Assembly (NCBI GenBank): GCA_019244395.1
Contig: JAFASQ010000019.1
Location: 1,118-65,117 of the forward strand
DNA: 64,000 bases
DNA from: Solirubrobacterales bacterium
GTDB lineage: Bacteria > Actinomycetota > Thermoleophilia > Solirubrobacterales > Solirubrobacteraceae
Direction of reading: 5' to 3'
Program-made: the position numbers and the translations under genes
Notes under the pieces: model-generated
Told to the model about the DNA's origin: nothing
The model's database searches: none
The model's input: the letters and a program-made list of their open reading frames with translations, nothing else
Shown here: piece by piece, positions 1 to 9,663 of the stretch
How positions within the stretch are numbered: position 1 is the first letter of the stretch
Layout: the number at the start of each line of letters is the position of its first letter

Positions 1-495
1 GGCGTAGGTCTGGGCGTGAAACTGTGATGCGCTGAACTGGATCGAGAGCGCCCCCAGTTCGGCGCCGGCGTCCGCGCCGACCGCCCACTGCACCAGCCCG
101 AGGTAGCTCGGGCCGATCATCCCGATCGGCCCCCCGTGCCATGGTTGCTGTTCGATCCAGCGCAAGGTGGCCAACCCGTCGTCGCGCTCGTCAAACGGGC
201 TGAAAGTGCCCTCGGAGCCGAACGTGCCCCTGACGCTCTGGATCACCACCTGGAGGCCGCGCTCGGCCAGCAGGCGCCCGAACATCAGCCCGATCATCTG
301 CCGGCGGCCGTACGGCGAGCGCACGAGTACCGTCGGCTGCCGGCGTCCGCGCGCCGCGCGCGCCACCCAGCGATCGGCCAACAGCACAGCGCGGTCATCC
401 ATGGAGGCGCGCAGGTCAGGCTCGCAGACGACGTGGCGAGTCTGGGCGCGCGGCAGCCGCATCCGGCGCGCGAAAATCTCGCTCGCGAGACTCAT
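1..495 (-). CDS. CocE/NonD family hydrolase (X-Pro dipeptidyl-peptidase S15-like), runs off the window edge
   Basis: Not in the ORF track; manual translation from ATG 495 gives MSLASEIFARR...TVLVRSPYGR...VIQSVRGTFGSEG...GMIGPSYLGLVQWA, with the RSPY, xRGxxxSEG and GxSYxG motifs of CocE/NonD. Confidence 0.75.
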   Translation of the reverse strand, partial: MSLASEIFARRMRLPRAQTRHVVCEPDLRASMDDRAVLLADRWVARAARGRRQPTVLVRSPYGRRQMIGLMFGRLLAERGLQVVIQSVRGTFGSEGTFSPFDERDDGLATLRWIEQQPWHGGPIGMIGPSYLGLVQWAVGADAGAELGALSIQFSASQFHAQTYA

Positions 496-620
496 CGCGA
501 CAGCATTGCAGGCGCGGCGTCGGCGGCAGCGACCGCGTACCGTTACCGCGAGGCGGGCGGCGACCCCACGAACGTTCGATCAACGCCGCCTGGAGACGAG
601 GCAGCGAGCGGAGGAATGAC

Positions 621-2279
621 ATGGCGGCGATGAAATGGTGGGGGTGGGGCCCGGAGGGCGTCGAGTTCACGCACGAGGACAAGCCGGCCTTGCGCCCTTT
701 CATCCAGTGGGCTCTCGGCGTGGACGTGGCGAGCGCGTCGGCCTCGCCCATCCCGTTCAAGGACCTTCGCATCCCGGAGTCGAGGCTGGCTGACGATCTC
801 CGCACGGCTCTGGAGGCGGCGGTCGAAGGACGGTTCGTGTCCACCGACCGGCTTGACCGCGTCGTGCACGCGCGCGGGAAGTCGCTCCATGACCTCGTGC
901 GCCAGCGGCGGGGAGAGCTGCACCGCGTTCCGGACGTCGTCGTGCGACCCGGCGGCGAGGACGAGGTCGAGGCGATCATGCGATCGGCGATCGATGCCGA
1001 TGCCGTGGTGATCCCGTTCGGGGGCGGCTCGTCGATCTCGGGATCGCTCGAGGCGCCGCCCGACGAGGAGCGGCCGGTCATCTCGGTGGATCTGGGCCGG
1101 ATGAACCGCGTGCTCGGCATCGACGGCACGTCGCGCCTGGCCCGCGTGCAGGCCGGCGTGTTCGGGCCGCACCTGGAGGAGCAACTGAGCGCTCAGGGCT
1201 ACACGTTCGGCCACTTCCCCGACTCGTTCACGCATTCCACGCTGGGCGGCTGGATCGCCACCCGGTCCTCCGGCATGCAGTCGGACCGCTACGGCGACAT
1301 CGCCGACCTGACGAAGGGCCTCCGGGTGGTGGCGCCGTCGGGATTGCTCGTGGTGCGCCCCGTCCCGGCCGCGTCGAACGGGCCGAGCATCCGCCAGATC
1401 GTGCTGGGCAGCGAAGGTCGCCTGGGGATCGTCACCGAGGCGACCGTCGAGGTGCGGCGCATACCCGAGCGCCGCACGATCCTCGGCTATCTGTTCCCGA
1501 CCTTCGCCGACGGGCTGGCCGCCATGCGCGACATCGCCGCGGGTGAGTTCTCGGTGTCGGTGACGCGGCTCTCTGACGCGCCGGAAACCCAGTTCTCCTT
1601 CGCCACGCGAAGGCTGCCCACCCTGGTGGACAAGCTCGAGTCCGCGGTGCTGAGGACCTACCTGCGGCGCCGGCTCGGATACGACACCGAGCAGATGTGC
1701 CTGTCGTTCATCGGCTATGAAGGAAGCGAGCGCAACGTGGCCCGCGAGCGCAAGGCGGTGGGCAAGCTGGTCAAACGCCACGGCGGCCTGTGCATCGGAT
1801 CGGGGCCGGGAACCCTGTACGACCAGAAGAAGTTCGATACCCCGTATATCCGCGACTTTCTCCTCGACCGCGGCGTGCCGGGCGACGTGTCCGAGACCGC
1901 GGCGCCCTGGAGCCGCCTGGTTCCGGTGTACGACGCGGTCAGAAGCGCGGCATCAGACGCCTTCGCGCGGCTTGGGGTCCAGGGCTACCTGATGTGCCAC
2001 CTGTCGCACAGCTATCACGCCGGGGCGTGCCTGTACTTCACGTTCGCCTTCCGGCCGACCCCCGGCAACGACATCCTCGAGGAATACGACGTGGTGAAGG
2101 TCGCCATCCAGCAGGCCTTCGTCGACAACGGGGCGACGCTCTCGCATCATCACGGGGTCGGAACCGAGCACGCACGGTGGCTCGAGGAGGACATCTCGCA
2201 TCCCGGGGTGGTCATGCTCGATGCGCTGTTCGAGGGGGCGGACCCGGGCCGCCATCTGAACCCGGGGAAGATCGTGTGA
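621..2279 (+). CDS. FAD-binding oxidoreductase, alkyl-dihydroxyacetone-phosphate synthase-like (VAO/PCMH fold)
   Basis: MKWWGWG N-terminus, PFGGGSS, GHFPDS, STLGGWIATRSSG, GSEGRLG, C-terminal SHHHGVG and LNPGK. Confidence 0.85.
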   Translation: MAAMKWWGWGPEGVEFTHEDKPALRPFIQWALGVDVASASASPIPFKDLRIPESRLADDLRTALEAAVEGRFVSTDRLDRVVHARGKSLHDLVRQRRGELHRVPDVVVRPGGEDEVEAIMRSAIDADAVVIPFGGGSSISGSLEAPPDEERPVISVDLGRMNRVLGIDGTSRLARVQAGVFGPHLEEQLSAQGYTFGHFPDSFTHSTLGGWIATRSSGMQSDRYGDIADLTKGLRVVAPSGLLVVRPVPAASNGPSIRQIVLGSEGRLGIVTEATVEVRRIPERRTILGYLFPTFADGLAAMRDIAAGEFSVSVTRLSDAPETQFSFATRRLPTLVDKLESAVLRTYLRRRLGYDTEQMCLSFIGYEGSERNVARERKAVGKLVKRHGGLCIGSGPGTLYDQKKFDTPYIRDFLLDRGVPGDVSETAAPWSRLVPVYDAVRSAASDAFARLGVQGYLMCHLSHSYHAGACLYFTFAFRPTPGNDILEEYDVVKVAIQQAFVDNGATLSHHHGVGTEHARWLEEDISHPGVVMLDALFEGADPGRHLNPGKIV

Positions 2280-2349
2280 GCGGGGGGGCCCGGGACGGCC
2301 GGCGGCTTCAGCTCTCAGCCGGAGCGCTCAATCGAGTAGAACATCATTC

Positions 2350-4041
2350 GTGACCGAGACGGCGGCGACGAGCGTGACCGGGGCCAGCCGCCTCCTCGAG
2401 TCGTTCGAGCGGCTTGGGGTGGAGCTCGTGTTCGGGCTGCCCGGCGTCCACAACCTCCCGATCTGGAAGGCACTGTCGGAGTCCGACGTGCGTCTCGTCG
2501 GGGTCCGGCACGAGCAGACCGCGGTGTACGCCGCCGACGGATATGCGCGGACGACGGGCCGGCTCGGCGTCGCCGTGGTGACCACCGGACCGGGCGCGGC
2601 CAACACCCTGGGCGCGACGGGCGAGGCCATGGCATCGGGCTCCCCCGTGCTGGTCATCGCCACCGACATCGCCACGACGCTGCGGCGCGAGGGCGTCTAC
2701 GGCGGGACCCTGCACGAGACGCGCGATCAGACCGCCATGTTCCGGCCGGTGACCAAGGGAGCGCGGCTGCTGGCCGGCGCCGAGGAGATCGCGGGTGCCG
2801 TGCTCGAGTCGGGTTCGCTCGCGCTGACCGCGCCGACCGGCCCGGTCTATCTCGGCGTGCCAACCGATCTGCTGCGCAGGGAGCTTCCGGCCGGTGGGCC
2901 GGCGATCGAGGTGACGCCTGCGAGGGTGGGTTCGCCGGAGTCACTCCCGGCCGCGGCGGCTCTAGATCGGGCATCCGAGCTGCTGGCCACAGCCGAGCGG
3001 CCGCTGATCTGGGCGGGTGGCGGCGCGCTGCGCGCCGGCGCGGGGCCGCTGGTCGGCGAGCTGGCGCGCAAGCTGGCGGCGCCGGTGATCACCACCTTCA
3101 ACGCGAACGGTTTGCTTGTCCGCGACCATCCTTGCGCAGTTGCGGGCCCGGTGCACGCGCCGGAGGTCGGAGCCCTGTGGGACGAGTCGGACGTGGTCCT
3201 GGCGATTGGCTCCGACTTCGACGGCACGATGACCCAGAACTGGCAGATGCCGGCGCCGCCGAGGCTGATCAGCATCAACGTCGATCACACCGAGGCGAGC
3301 AAGAACTATCGGCCCGAGCTCATCCTGCTCGGCGATGCGCGCGCTGTGCTCGAGCAGCTCGTGCCCCGCGTCGAGCCGCGGGATGGTCTTGGCGAACTCG
3401 AGGCCCGGCTTGCGGCGATCGGTTGCGCGGTGGCCGCCGGGGTCGAGTCAGACGACCCACAGGCGGCCGCGTTCCTGGAAATCGTGCACCGGGCGTTGCC
3501 GACCGACGCGGTTGTGGTGACCGACATGTGCATCCCGGGCTACTGGCTGGGTGGTTATTGGCAAGCCCCGAAGCCGCGCAAGCTGGGCTACCCGCTGGGC
3601 TGGGGCACGCTCGGGTTCGGGTTTCCCGCCTCGCTGGGAGCCGCCCTGGCCGGCGCGGGCCCGACCATCTGCGTCTGTGGCGACGGCGGTTTCATGTACG
3701 CCTGCGGCGAGCTCGCCACCGTCGTGCAGGAGCGGATTCCACTTACGATCGTGCTGGTCAACGACGGCGGCTACGGCATGCTCCGCTTCGACCAGATCCA
3801 GGCCGGCGAGGATCCGTTCGGCGTCGACCTGGTCAATCCGGACTTCCCCGGGCTGGCGAGGGCCTTCGGGATTCCGGTGAGGACCGTGCACGGCTTCGGC
3901 CCGGACTTCGAGCGGGCGCTTCGATCGTCCGTCGCCGCCGGGGAGCCGCAGATGATCGAGGTCTACGCCTCGCTCAAGCCGCCGCCCACCACGTCGCCGC
4001 GGTGGTATCGAAAGCCGCAGGCCACCGCGCGGGGGTCCTGA
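2350..4041 (+). CDS. Thiamine-pyrophosphate-dependent enzyme (acetolactate synthase-like family)
   Basis: FGLPG, RHEQTAVYAADGYAR, TTGPGAAN and the ThDP motif GDGGFMY...NDGGYG. Confidence 0.9.
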   Translation: MTETAATSVTGASRLLESFERLGVELVFGLPGVHNLPIWKALSESDVRLVGVRHEQTAVYAADGYARTTGRLGVAVVTTGPGAANTLGATGEAMASGSPVLVIATDIATTLRREGVYGGTLHETRDQTAMFRPVTKGARLLAGAEEIAGAVLESGSLALTAPTGPVYLGVPTDLLRRELPAGGPAIEVTPARVGSPESLPAAAALDRASELLATAERPLIWAGGGALRAGAGPLVGELARKLAAPVITTFNANGLLVRDHPCAVAGPVHAPEVGALWDESDVVLAIGSDFDGTMTQNWQMPAPPRLISINVDHTEASKNYRPELILLGDARAVLEQLVPRVEPRDGLGELEARLAAIGCAVAAGVESDDPQAAAFLEIVHRALPTDAVVVTDMCIPGYWLGGYWQAPKPRKLGYPLGWGTLGFGFPASLGAALAGAGPTICVCGDGGFMYACGELATVVQERIPLTIVLVNDGGYGMLRFDQIQAGEDPFGVDLVNPDFPGLARAFGIPVRTVHGFGPDFERALRSSVAAGEPQMIEVYASLKPPPTTSPRWYRKPQATARGS

Positions 4042-4043
4042 GC

Positions 4044-5210
4044 TCAAATGAGCCGGCGGACGACGTCTTGGAGCGTCGGCAGGGCCGCGATCTCGGCGGC
4101 GATGCGCGACGCGGCATGGCGGTAGGACGGCGTGCCCAGAACCTCCTCGATGCGCGCGCGCAACGGTGCGACGTCGTTGGGTCCGAGGCTCCCGAGCCCG
4201 CCCGAGGCGGGCGTGTGGCCACCCAGCACCATCCCGGCGCCGGAGTCCTGCACGATCCGCGCGTTCGTCAGCTGATCCGCGAACAGAGGGCAAACGACCA
4301 GGGGAACGCCGGCGGCCAGCGCTCCGAAGGTCGTGCCCGACCCGCCGTGGCACACGACCACAGCGGCGTGCTCGAGTACGAGATCCTGGGGAACCCACTG
4401 TTCGACGCGCGTGTTCTCGGGTATCGATCCGAGGCTCGGGACATCGGTCGCTCGGCCGACCGTCAACAACACGCGCGCCGGCAATCCAGCCACCGCCTCG
4501 AGTGCGCAACGAAAGACGGCGCTCGCCTCGGGAAGGTGACCGAGCACGCTTCCGAAGGTCACGTAGACCAGCGGCTGCTCGCGGTTCCGAGCCGGGCCGG
4601 AGGTGACGTTACGGCGCGCGGCGGCGGCTCGGAACCGGCGGGTATCGGACCACGGCGAGGGATCGAGTGACGTAGGAAACGAGCTCAGGTACGGAGAGGA
4701 GGCGATCGCCGCGGCGACTCCAGGGGAAAAGCGCTCGATGATCGGCGCCACCATCCTCAGCACGCCGGACTCGATCGATGCGAGGGAAACGCCCACCTCC
4801 GCGTGGGGGATTCCCGTTTCGTGCGCCGCCACCGCGGAGGCGTACTCGCACGGCTCGCGCACCACGAACTGGGGTCGCCACGAATCTCGCAGGTCGCGCG
4901 CCGCCCCAAGCATGGCCTCGGTGCAGCGGTCGGCGAACAGTTCACGGTCGAACAAGCCGGCGACGGCCTCGGCTGGCCCAGCCCGGACGCGCTGCCAGAT
5001 CTCGTCTACGAACGCCCGCGGCGGCTCTTCGCCCACGCGGTACGCCAATCCCGTTCGCTGCGCGCTGTCCGCCAGCGCTGGGGGCACCAGGAGCTTTACC
5101 TCGTGTCCCGCCGCCTGAACTGCCCGCCCGACCCTGGCGAGCGGAACCAGGTGTCCCTCTCCACCGAGGGAACAGGCGAGCATCACGCGCCGGACGCGTG
5201 GGTTACTCAT
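4044..5210 (-). CDS. Family-1 (UDP/macrolide-type) glycosyltransferase
   Basis: GHLVP N-terminal motif, VYVTFGSV, WVPQDLVL...HGGSGT...GVPLVVCPLFADQ signature; start set at ATG 5210. Confidence 0.9.
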   Translation of the reverse strand: MSNPRVRRVMLACSLGGEGHLVPLARVGRAVQAAGHEVKLLVPPALADSAQRTGLAYRVGEEPPRAFVDEIWQRVRAGPAEAVAGLFDRELFADRCTEAMLGAARDLRDSWRPQFVVREPCEYASAVAAHETGIPHAEVGVSLASIESGVLRMVAPIIERFSPGVAAAIASSPYLSSFPTSLDPSPWSDTRRFRAAAARRNVTSGPARNREQPLVYVTFGSVLGHLPEASAVFRCALEAVAGLPARVLLTVGRATDVPSLGSIPENTRVEQWVPQDLVLEHAAVVVCHGGSGTTFGALAAGVPLVVCPLFADQLTNARIVQDSGAGMVLGGHTPASGGLGSLGPNDVAPLRARIEEVLGTPSYRHAASRIAAEIAALPTLQDVVRRLI

Positions 5211-5228
5211 CGCCTGAGCATCGCACCC

Positions 5229-5274
5229 TTGCGCCTGGCGTTGCATCCGCTATAGCGTTCGCTTACGGCGAACG
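5229..5274 (+). promoter_or_regulatory. Candidate sigma-70 promoter plus palindromic operator in front of the XRE-cupin regulator
   Basis: TTGCGC (5229-5234), TAGCGT (5253-5258) and a perfect 7-bp inverted repeat CGTTCGC-ttacg-GCGAACG (5256-5274) ending 3 bp before GTG 5278. Confidence 0.5.
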
Positions 5275-5277
5275 ATC

Positions 5278-5913
5278 GTGCGAAACGTGCGCAAATCGAG
5301 AACAATCCGGACCGCGGCGGCGAACCTCAACGGCACCGGCGACAGCCGGCTCGCGGGCCTGATGGGGCAGCGGATCCGCCGGTTGCGGACCCAGGCGGGG
5401 AAGACGCTGCGAGCGCAGGCGCGGGAGATCGGAATCGCCGCCTCCTCTCTCTCGGCACTCGAGAACGGGCAGGGTGGCGTCTCGCTTAAACGCCTTCAGC
5501 TGGTCGCCGAGCACTTTGGGCTTCACATCACCGAGCTGCTCGGGGAGCCCGCCGTGGCCGCGAGAGTCGATGGCGTCGAGATCATTCGCAACTGCGCCGC
5601 GACGGTGCCTGGGGTGCAACGGGGGACCGGCGTGCTCTACCAGCTGCTCGGCAGCGGACGTGACCACATCATCCAACCGTACCTCCTGTCGTTCGACCCC
5701 GAGGGCGGTTACGACCGCGACATGATCGGTCATCCCGGTGAGGAGATCGCCTACGTCCTGCACGGCCGGGTCGAGCTGCTGATCGAGGACGAGTGTCACG
5801 CGCTCACCCAGGGCGACCTGATCCGCTTCCGGGCCGATCGGCCGCACGCGTTCCGCAATGCTTCGAGTGTCGGCGTGGCGGCAGTGATCGGGGCGGCGAC
5901 GCCGCCATGGTAG
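5278..5913 (+). CDS. XRE-family HTH transcriptional regulator with C-terminal cupin domain
   Basis: MGQRIRRLR...SSLSALENG HTH_3; cupin HPGEEIAYVLHGRVEL...GDLIRF...PHAFRN. Confidence 0.9.
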   Translation: MRNVRKSRTIRTAAANLNGTGDSRLAGLMGQRIRRLRTQAGKTLRAQAREIGIAASSLSALENGQGGVSLKRLQLVAEHFGLHITELLGEPAVAARVDGVEIIRNCAATVPGVQRGTGVLYQLLGSGRDHIIQPYLLSFDPEGGYDRDMIGHPGEEIAYVLHGRVELLIEDECHALTQGDLIRFRADRPHAFRNASSVGVAAVIGAATPPW

Positions 5914-7052
5914 GCACGGTCGACCTGCACGAGATCGTGACGCCCGTGCTGCTGGTCGACCGGCCCCGCCTGCTAAAGAACATCGAGGACATGGCCGAGC
6001 GGGCGCGCCGGCTGGGCGTCGTCCTGCGGCCCCACGCCAAGACCCACAAGTCGCCCGCGATCGCAGCCCTTCAGCGCGAGCAGGGCGCCGTGGGACTGAC
6101 CGTGGCCACGGTGGCCGAAGCCGAGGCGTTCGCCGCCGAGGGCATCGACGACCTCGTGCTCACGACCCCGCCGGTGGGGGAGTGGCGCCTTGATCGCGTG
6201 GTCGCGCTGGCGAGACGAGTGCGGCTGCGCGTGACCGTCGACGACGTCGACGTCCTAGCTGCGCTCGACCGCGCCTGCCGGCGCGGCGGGGCCGACATCG
6301 GCTACCTGTGGGAACTCGACAGTGGGGTGGGCCGTTTCGGTACACCGCCCGGCGCCGCCACCGCTGAGTTGATCGCAGGAGCGGCCGACCGTACGAGCAA
6401 CGCCTCGTTCGACGGACTGTTGACCTTCGGCGGGCACTCCTACGCCGCCACCGACTGGCAGGGGATCGTCGCCGCCGCCCGCGACGAGCGGGAAGCCATC
6501 GCGCAGACCGCGACCGCCCTGCGCGAGCGCGGTATCGAACCACGCCTAACCAGCGTGGGGAGTACCCCCACCGCGCACGCCATGGAACGGGATGACGCGA
6601 TCACCGAGATCCGTCCCGGCAACTACGTGTTCTACGACGCGACGCAGGTGGCGCTGGGAGTCGTGCCGGTCGAACGCTGCGCGCTGTCCGTTCTGGCGAC
6701 GGTGACCTCGCGACCGGCGCCGGACCGCCTGATCCTCGATTCCGGATCGAAGGCGCTCGCGGCCGAGCGGCTGACCGTGCTGAGCTCCGGATTCGGGCTG
6801 ATCGAGGGTCATCCCGAGCTGAGGGTCGAGCGCCTATACGAGGAGCAGGCGATCGTCCATGGCGACGAACCGTGCGACATTCCCGTTGGCGCGCGGCTTC
6901 GCGTCATCCCCAACCATGCCTGCGCCGCGGCGAACCTTCACTCGCGGATGCTGGCCGTGGAAGAGGAGGCCGTGGTCGAGGAATGGTCGGTGGCGGCCCG
7001 TGAGTGGAGAGAGATCGAGGCCGAGAGGAGACCGGCATGGAGCACCAGATAG
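5907..7052 (+). CDS. Fold-type III PLP enzyme, D-threonine aldolase/D-serine dehydratase (DSD1) family
   Basis: TPVLLVD, LRPHAKTHKS (PLP lysine), SVGSTPT, EIRPGNYVFYD, EEQ, VIPNHAC; start ATG 5907 overlaps the upstream stop. Confidence 0.9.
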   Translation: MVGTVDLHEIVTPVLLVDRPRLLKNIEDMAERARRLGVVLRPHAKTHKSPAIAALQREQGAVGLTVATVAEAEAFAAEGIDDLVLTTPPVGEWRLDRVVALARRVRLRVTVDDVDVLAALDRACRRGGADIGYLWELDSGVGRFGTPPGAATAELIAGAADRTSNASFDGLLTFGGHSYAATDWQGIVAAARDEREAIAQTATALRERGIEPRLTSVGSTPTAHAMERDDAITEIRPGNYVFYDATQVALGVVPVERCALSVLATVTSRPAPDRLILDSGSKALAAERLTVLSSGFGLIEGHPELRVERLYEEQAIVHGDEPCDIPVGARLRVIPNHACAAANLHSRMLAVEEEAVVEEWSVAAREWREIEAERRPAWSTR

Positions 7053-7972
7053 ACGCCAAACGCATTCACCACAACTGGGACAACACGCTCGAGCCCACGT
7101 TGCGGGTCGCGTCCGGCGACGTCGTGCATTACGACATCCTGATGGCCGGCCACGGCCAGGTGCGCGAGGGTGACACATTTGAGGACACCCACTTCGATTT
7201 CGACACCCTGTACAACCTCCCGGGCCCGGTTTACGTCGAGGATGCGCGCCCGGGCGACACGCTCAAAATCGAAGTCCTCGACCTGACACCGGGTGAATGG
7301 GGCTGGTGCGTGATCCTGCCCGAACTCGGCACCCTTCCGGACCATTTCCCAGATCCCCACCTGCGGACGTTCGATCTGCGCAGCGGCACGCACGTCGACT
7401 TCTCAGAAGACATCCGCATCCCGTTCGCGCCGTTCCTGGGCACGATGGGCAATCACCAGGACGAGCCCGCCACCGCCTCCGCGTTCCCTCCGCACAAGGG
7501 CGGCGGCAACATCGACACGCGCCACCTCATCGCGGGCTCCACGCTGTGGCTGCCGGTGTGGTGCGAAGGAGCATTGTTCTCATGCGGTGACCCACACGCC
7601 ATGCAGGGCGATGGCGAGGTATGCGTCGCGGCGATGGAATGCAACATGCGGGCCAGCCTGCGCTTCACCGTCGAACAGCGCACCATCCCGGCACCCTTCT
7701 TTCGCACCGCCGGGCCGCTGACGCTCAAGACTGACACCGGGGGCTATCACGGCGCGATGGGGATCGCGCCGGACCTCATGGAAGGAACGCGTAAGTCCGT
7801 GCTGGCGATGATCGAGTGGATCGTCGCCGAGCACGGGCTCACGCGCGAGGACGCGTACATGCTGTGCAGCCTGGCCGGCGACCTGAAGATCCTCGAGGTC
7901 GTCGACGCCGGGATGTGGAACGTCGGATTCACCCTGCCGCTGTCGGTATTCGCTGACCAAGGGCCCGTATGA
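7037..7972 (+). CDS. Acetamidase/formamidase family protein
   Basis: GPVYVEDARPGDTLKIEVL, GGNIDTRHL, GDPHAMQGDGEVC, AYMLCSLAGDL. Confidence 0.9.
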   Translation: MEHQIDAKRIHHNWDNTLEPTLRVASGDVVHYDILMAGHGQVREGDTFEDTHFDFDTLYNLPGPVYVEDARPGDTLKIEVLDLTPGEWGWCVILPELGTLPDHFPDPHLRTFDLRSGTHVDFSEDIRIPFAPFLGTMGNHQDEPATASAFPPHKGGGNIDTRHLIAGSTLWLPVWCEGALFSCGDPHAMQGDGEVCVAAMECNMRASLRFTVEQRTIPAPFFRTAGPLTLKTDTGGYHGAMGIAPDLMEGTRKSVLAMIEWIVAEHGLTREDAYMLCSLAGDLKILEVVDAGMWNVGFTLPLSVFADQGPV

Positions 7973-8021
7973 AAACAATCTCGGCACTGGATACGGCCTG
8001 GATGACTTCGCGGATGCGGCA

Positions 8022-8067
8022 CCGGCGCGTGCGCACCGTAGCGCTGCTACTACCGCGCACGCGCCGG
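8022..8067. terminator. GC-rich intra-operon hairpin (attenuator, processing or mRNA-stabilising structure)
   Basis: Perfect 13-bp arms CCGGCGCGTGCGC / GCGCACGCGCCGG with an inner GTAGC/GCTAC stem; no U-tract. Confidence 0.5.
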
Positions 8068-8138
8068 CACCGCGCCGCTCGCCCCCAGACCGCCCCAGCA
8101 CCAATCTTATTTCCCTACGGACCCTAAGGAGCCGCGAG

Positions 8139-9599
8139 TTGAGCGACATCGCCCCCCAGCAGCCTCACCACGGACCAGAGGTCGACAGCGAGTTGCTGCT
8201 CGAGGACATGGGCTACGAGCCCCAGCTCCAGCGCGGGCTGAACATCCTCGGCAACCTGGCGCTGACGCTGTCTGACATCACCCCGACCGCGTCGCTGCTG
8301 GTCGTGGCAACCGCGGTGATCGCCACCGCGGGCACGGGCTCGCTGTGGGCCTACCTGATCGGCGGTTTCATCGCGGTCAACGTCGCGCTGTGCATGGGCG
8401 AACTCGGCTCGATGTTCCCGGTCGCCGGCGGGCTGTACTCGATCGTCACTCGTGTGCTAGGTCGTCCGATCGGGTTTCTCGCGCTGCTCGATTACATCGG
8501 CCAGGCGATCTTCCTGCCGGCGAGCGTCGCGTTCGGCATCGGCACCTATATCAACGCGCTGTACCCGAGCCTGTCGACCAAGTGGATCGCCGCCGGCATG
8601 ATGATCTTCGTCGCGCTGATCGCGTGCCTGGACGTGCGCTTCAACGCCTGGATGATCGCGTTCTTCCTGGCCCTCGAGATCGGCGTGGTGATCATGCTGG
8701 CCCTGGCCGGATTCCTGCACCCACACCAGTCGCTCAGCACGTTCACCCATCCACATATGGCGGCCGGGACCAACCGAATCGGGCCGGTCGGGATCAGCGC
8801 GATCATCGCGGCGTTAGCCACGGCCTTGTTCTCGGTCAACGGGTACGACAGCGCGATCAACTTCTCCGAGGAGACCGAGGGTGCAGCGTCGGATGTCGGC
8901 AAGGCCGTCGTGCTGGCTGCGTCCATCGGCATCGTGTTCGAGATCATCCCGTTCATCGGGGTCAGTCTGGGCGCCAAGGACCTAAATGCCTTCCTGCATT
9001 CCTCCACGCCGCTCACGGACGTGGTCCGTTCATCGTTCGGGCACACCGCGGTGGACATCGTCACCTGGGGCGCGATCCTCTCCATCTTCAACGCGTCGCT
9101 GGCGATCACGCTCCAGTTCGCGCGGGTGACCTACGCGAGCGGTCGTGACATGGCCTGGCCGGCTCCGATCTCCAGGGCTCTGTCCTATGTGAACCCGCGA
9201 TTCAAGATGCCGTGGGTGGCGACGATGCTGGTCGGTGTTCTCGGCGGGATCCTGTGCGCCCAGTCGAGCCTGATCAGCGTGGTCACCTTCACCGCAGTGC
9301 TGATCGTCATCCTGTACGCGCTGATCGCCATCTCGGCGCTGGTCAGCCGCGTCCGACAGAAGGATCTCGAGCGGCCGTTCAGGATGCCGCTGTGGCCGGT
9401 TCCTCCGTTGATCGCGCTGATCGGCGTGGGGCTCGCGCTCAGCCAGCAGAAGGGCAGCGACCTGATCATCTGCGCTGCCATCTTCGTGGGCGGCGCCGTT
9501 TACTACTTCACGTTCCTCAGGCCGCGTCAGGATCGGTACTGGTCACACCTCACGGTGCCTGAGCACGAGCTATCAACGGCCGCCGAGGCGAACCGGTGA
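8139..9599 (+). CDS. APC-family amino acid/polyamine permease
   Basis: About 12 hydrophobic segments, ELGSMFPVAGGLY, FSEET, ARVTYASGRD, RPFRMPLWP; TTG start after TAAGGAG. Confidence 0.9.
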   Translation: MSDIAPQQPHHGPEVDSELLLEDMGYEPQLQRGLNILGNLALTLSDITPTASLLVVATAVIATAGTGSLWAYLIGGFIAVNVALCMGELGSMFPVAGGLYSIVTRVLGRPIGFLALLDYIGQAIFLPASVAFGIGTYINALYPSLSTKWIAAGMMIFVALIACLDVRFNAWMIAFFLALEIGVVIMLALAGFLHPHQSLSTFTHPHMAAGTNRIGPVGISAIIAALATALFSVNGYDSAINFSEETEGAASDVGKAVVLAASIGIVFEIIPFIGVSLGAKDLNAFLHSSTPLTDVVRSSFGHTAVDIVTWGAILSIFNASLAITLQFARVTYASGRDMAWPAPISRALSYVNPRFKMPWVATMLVGVLGGILCAQSSLISVVTFTAVLIVILYALIAISALVSRVRQKDLERPFRMPLWPVPPLIALIGVGLALSQQKGSDLIICAAIFVGGAVYYFTFLRPRQDRYWSHLTVPEHELSTAAEANR

Positions 9600-9663
9600 A
9601 AGGTCTCGATCCCGGGCCTCGAGGTCGGGCAGCAGAAGATCTACAGTTGACCCGCCCCGCGCA

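Noticed and set aside
136-1781. ORFs 136-633, 167-619, 416-1129 and 543-1781
   Set aside because: Shadow frames of the CocE and FAD-oxidoreductase genes; no motifs and biased Arg/Ala/Pro composition, as for most other overlapping ORFs in the track
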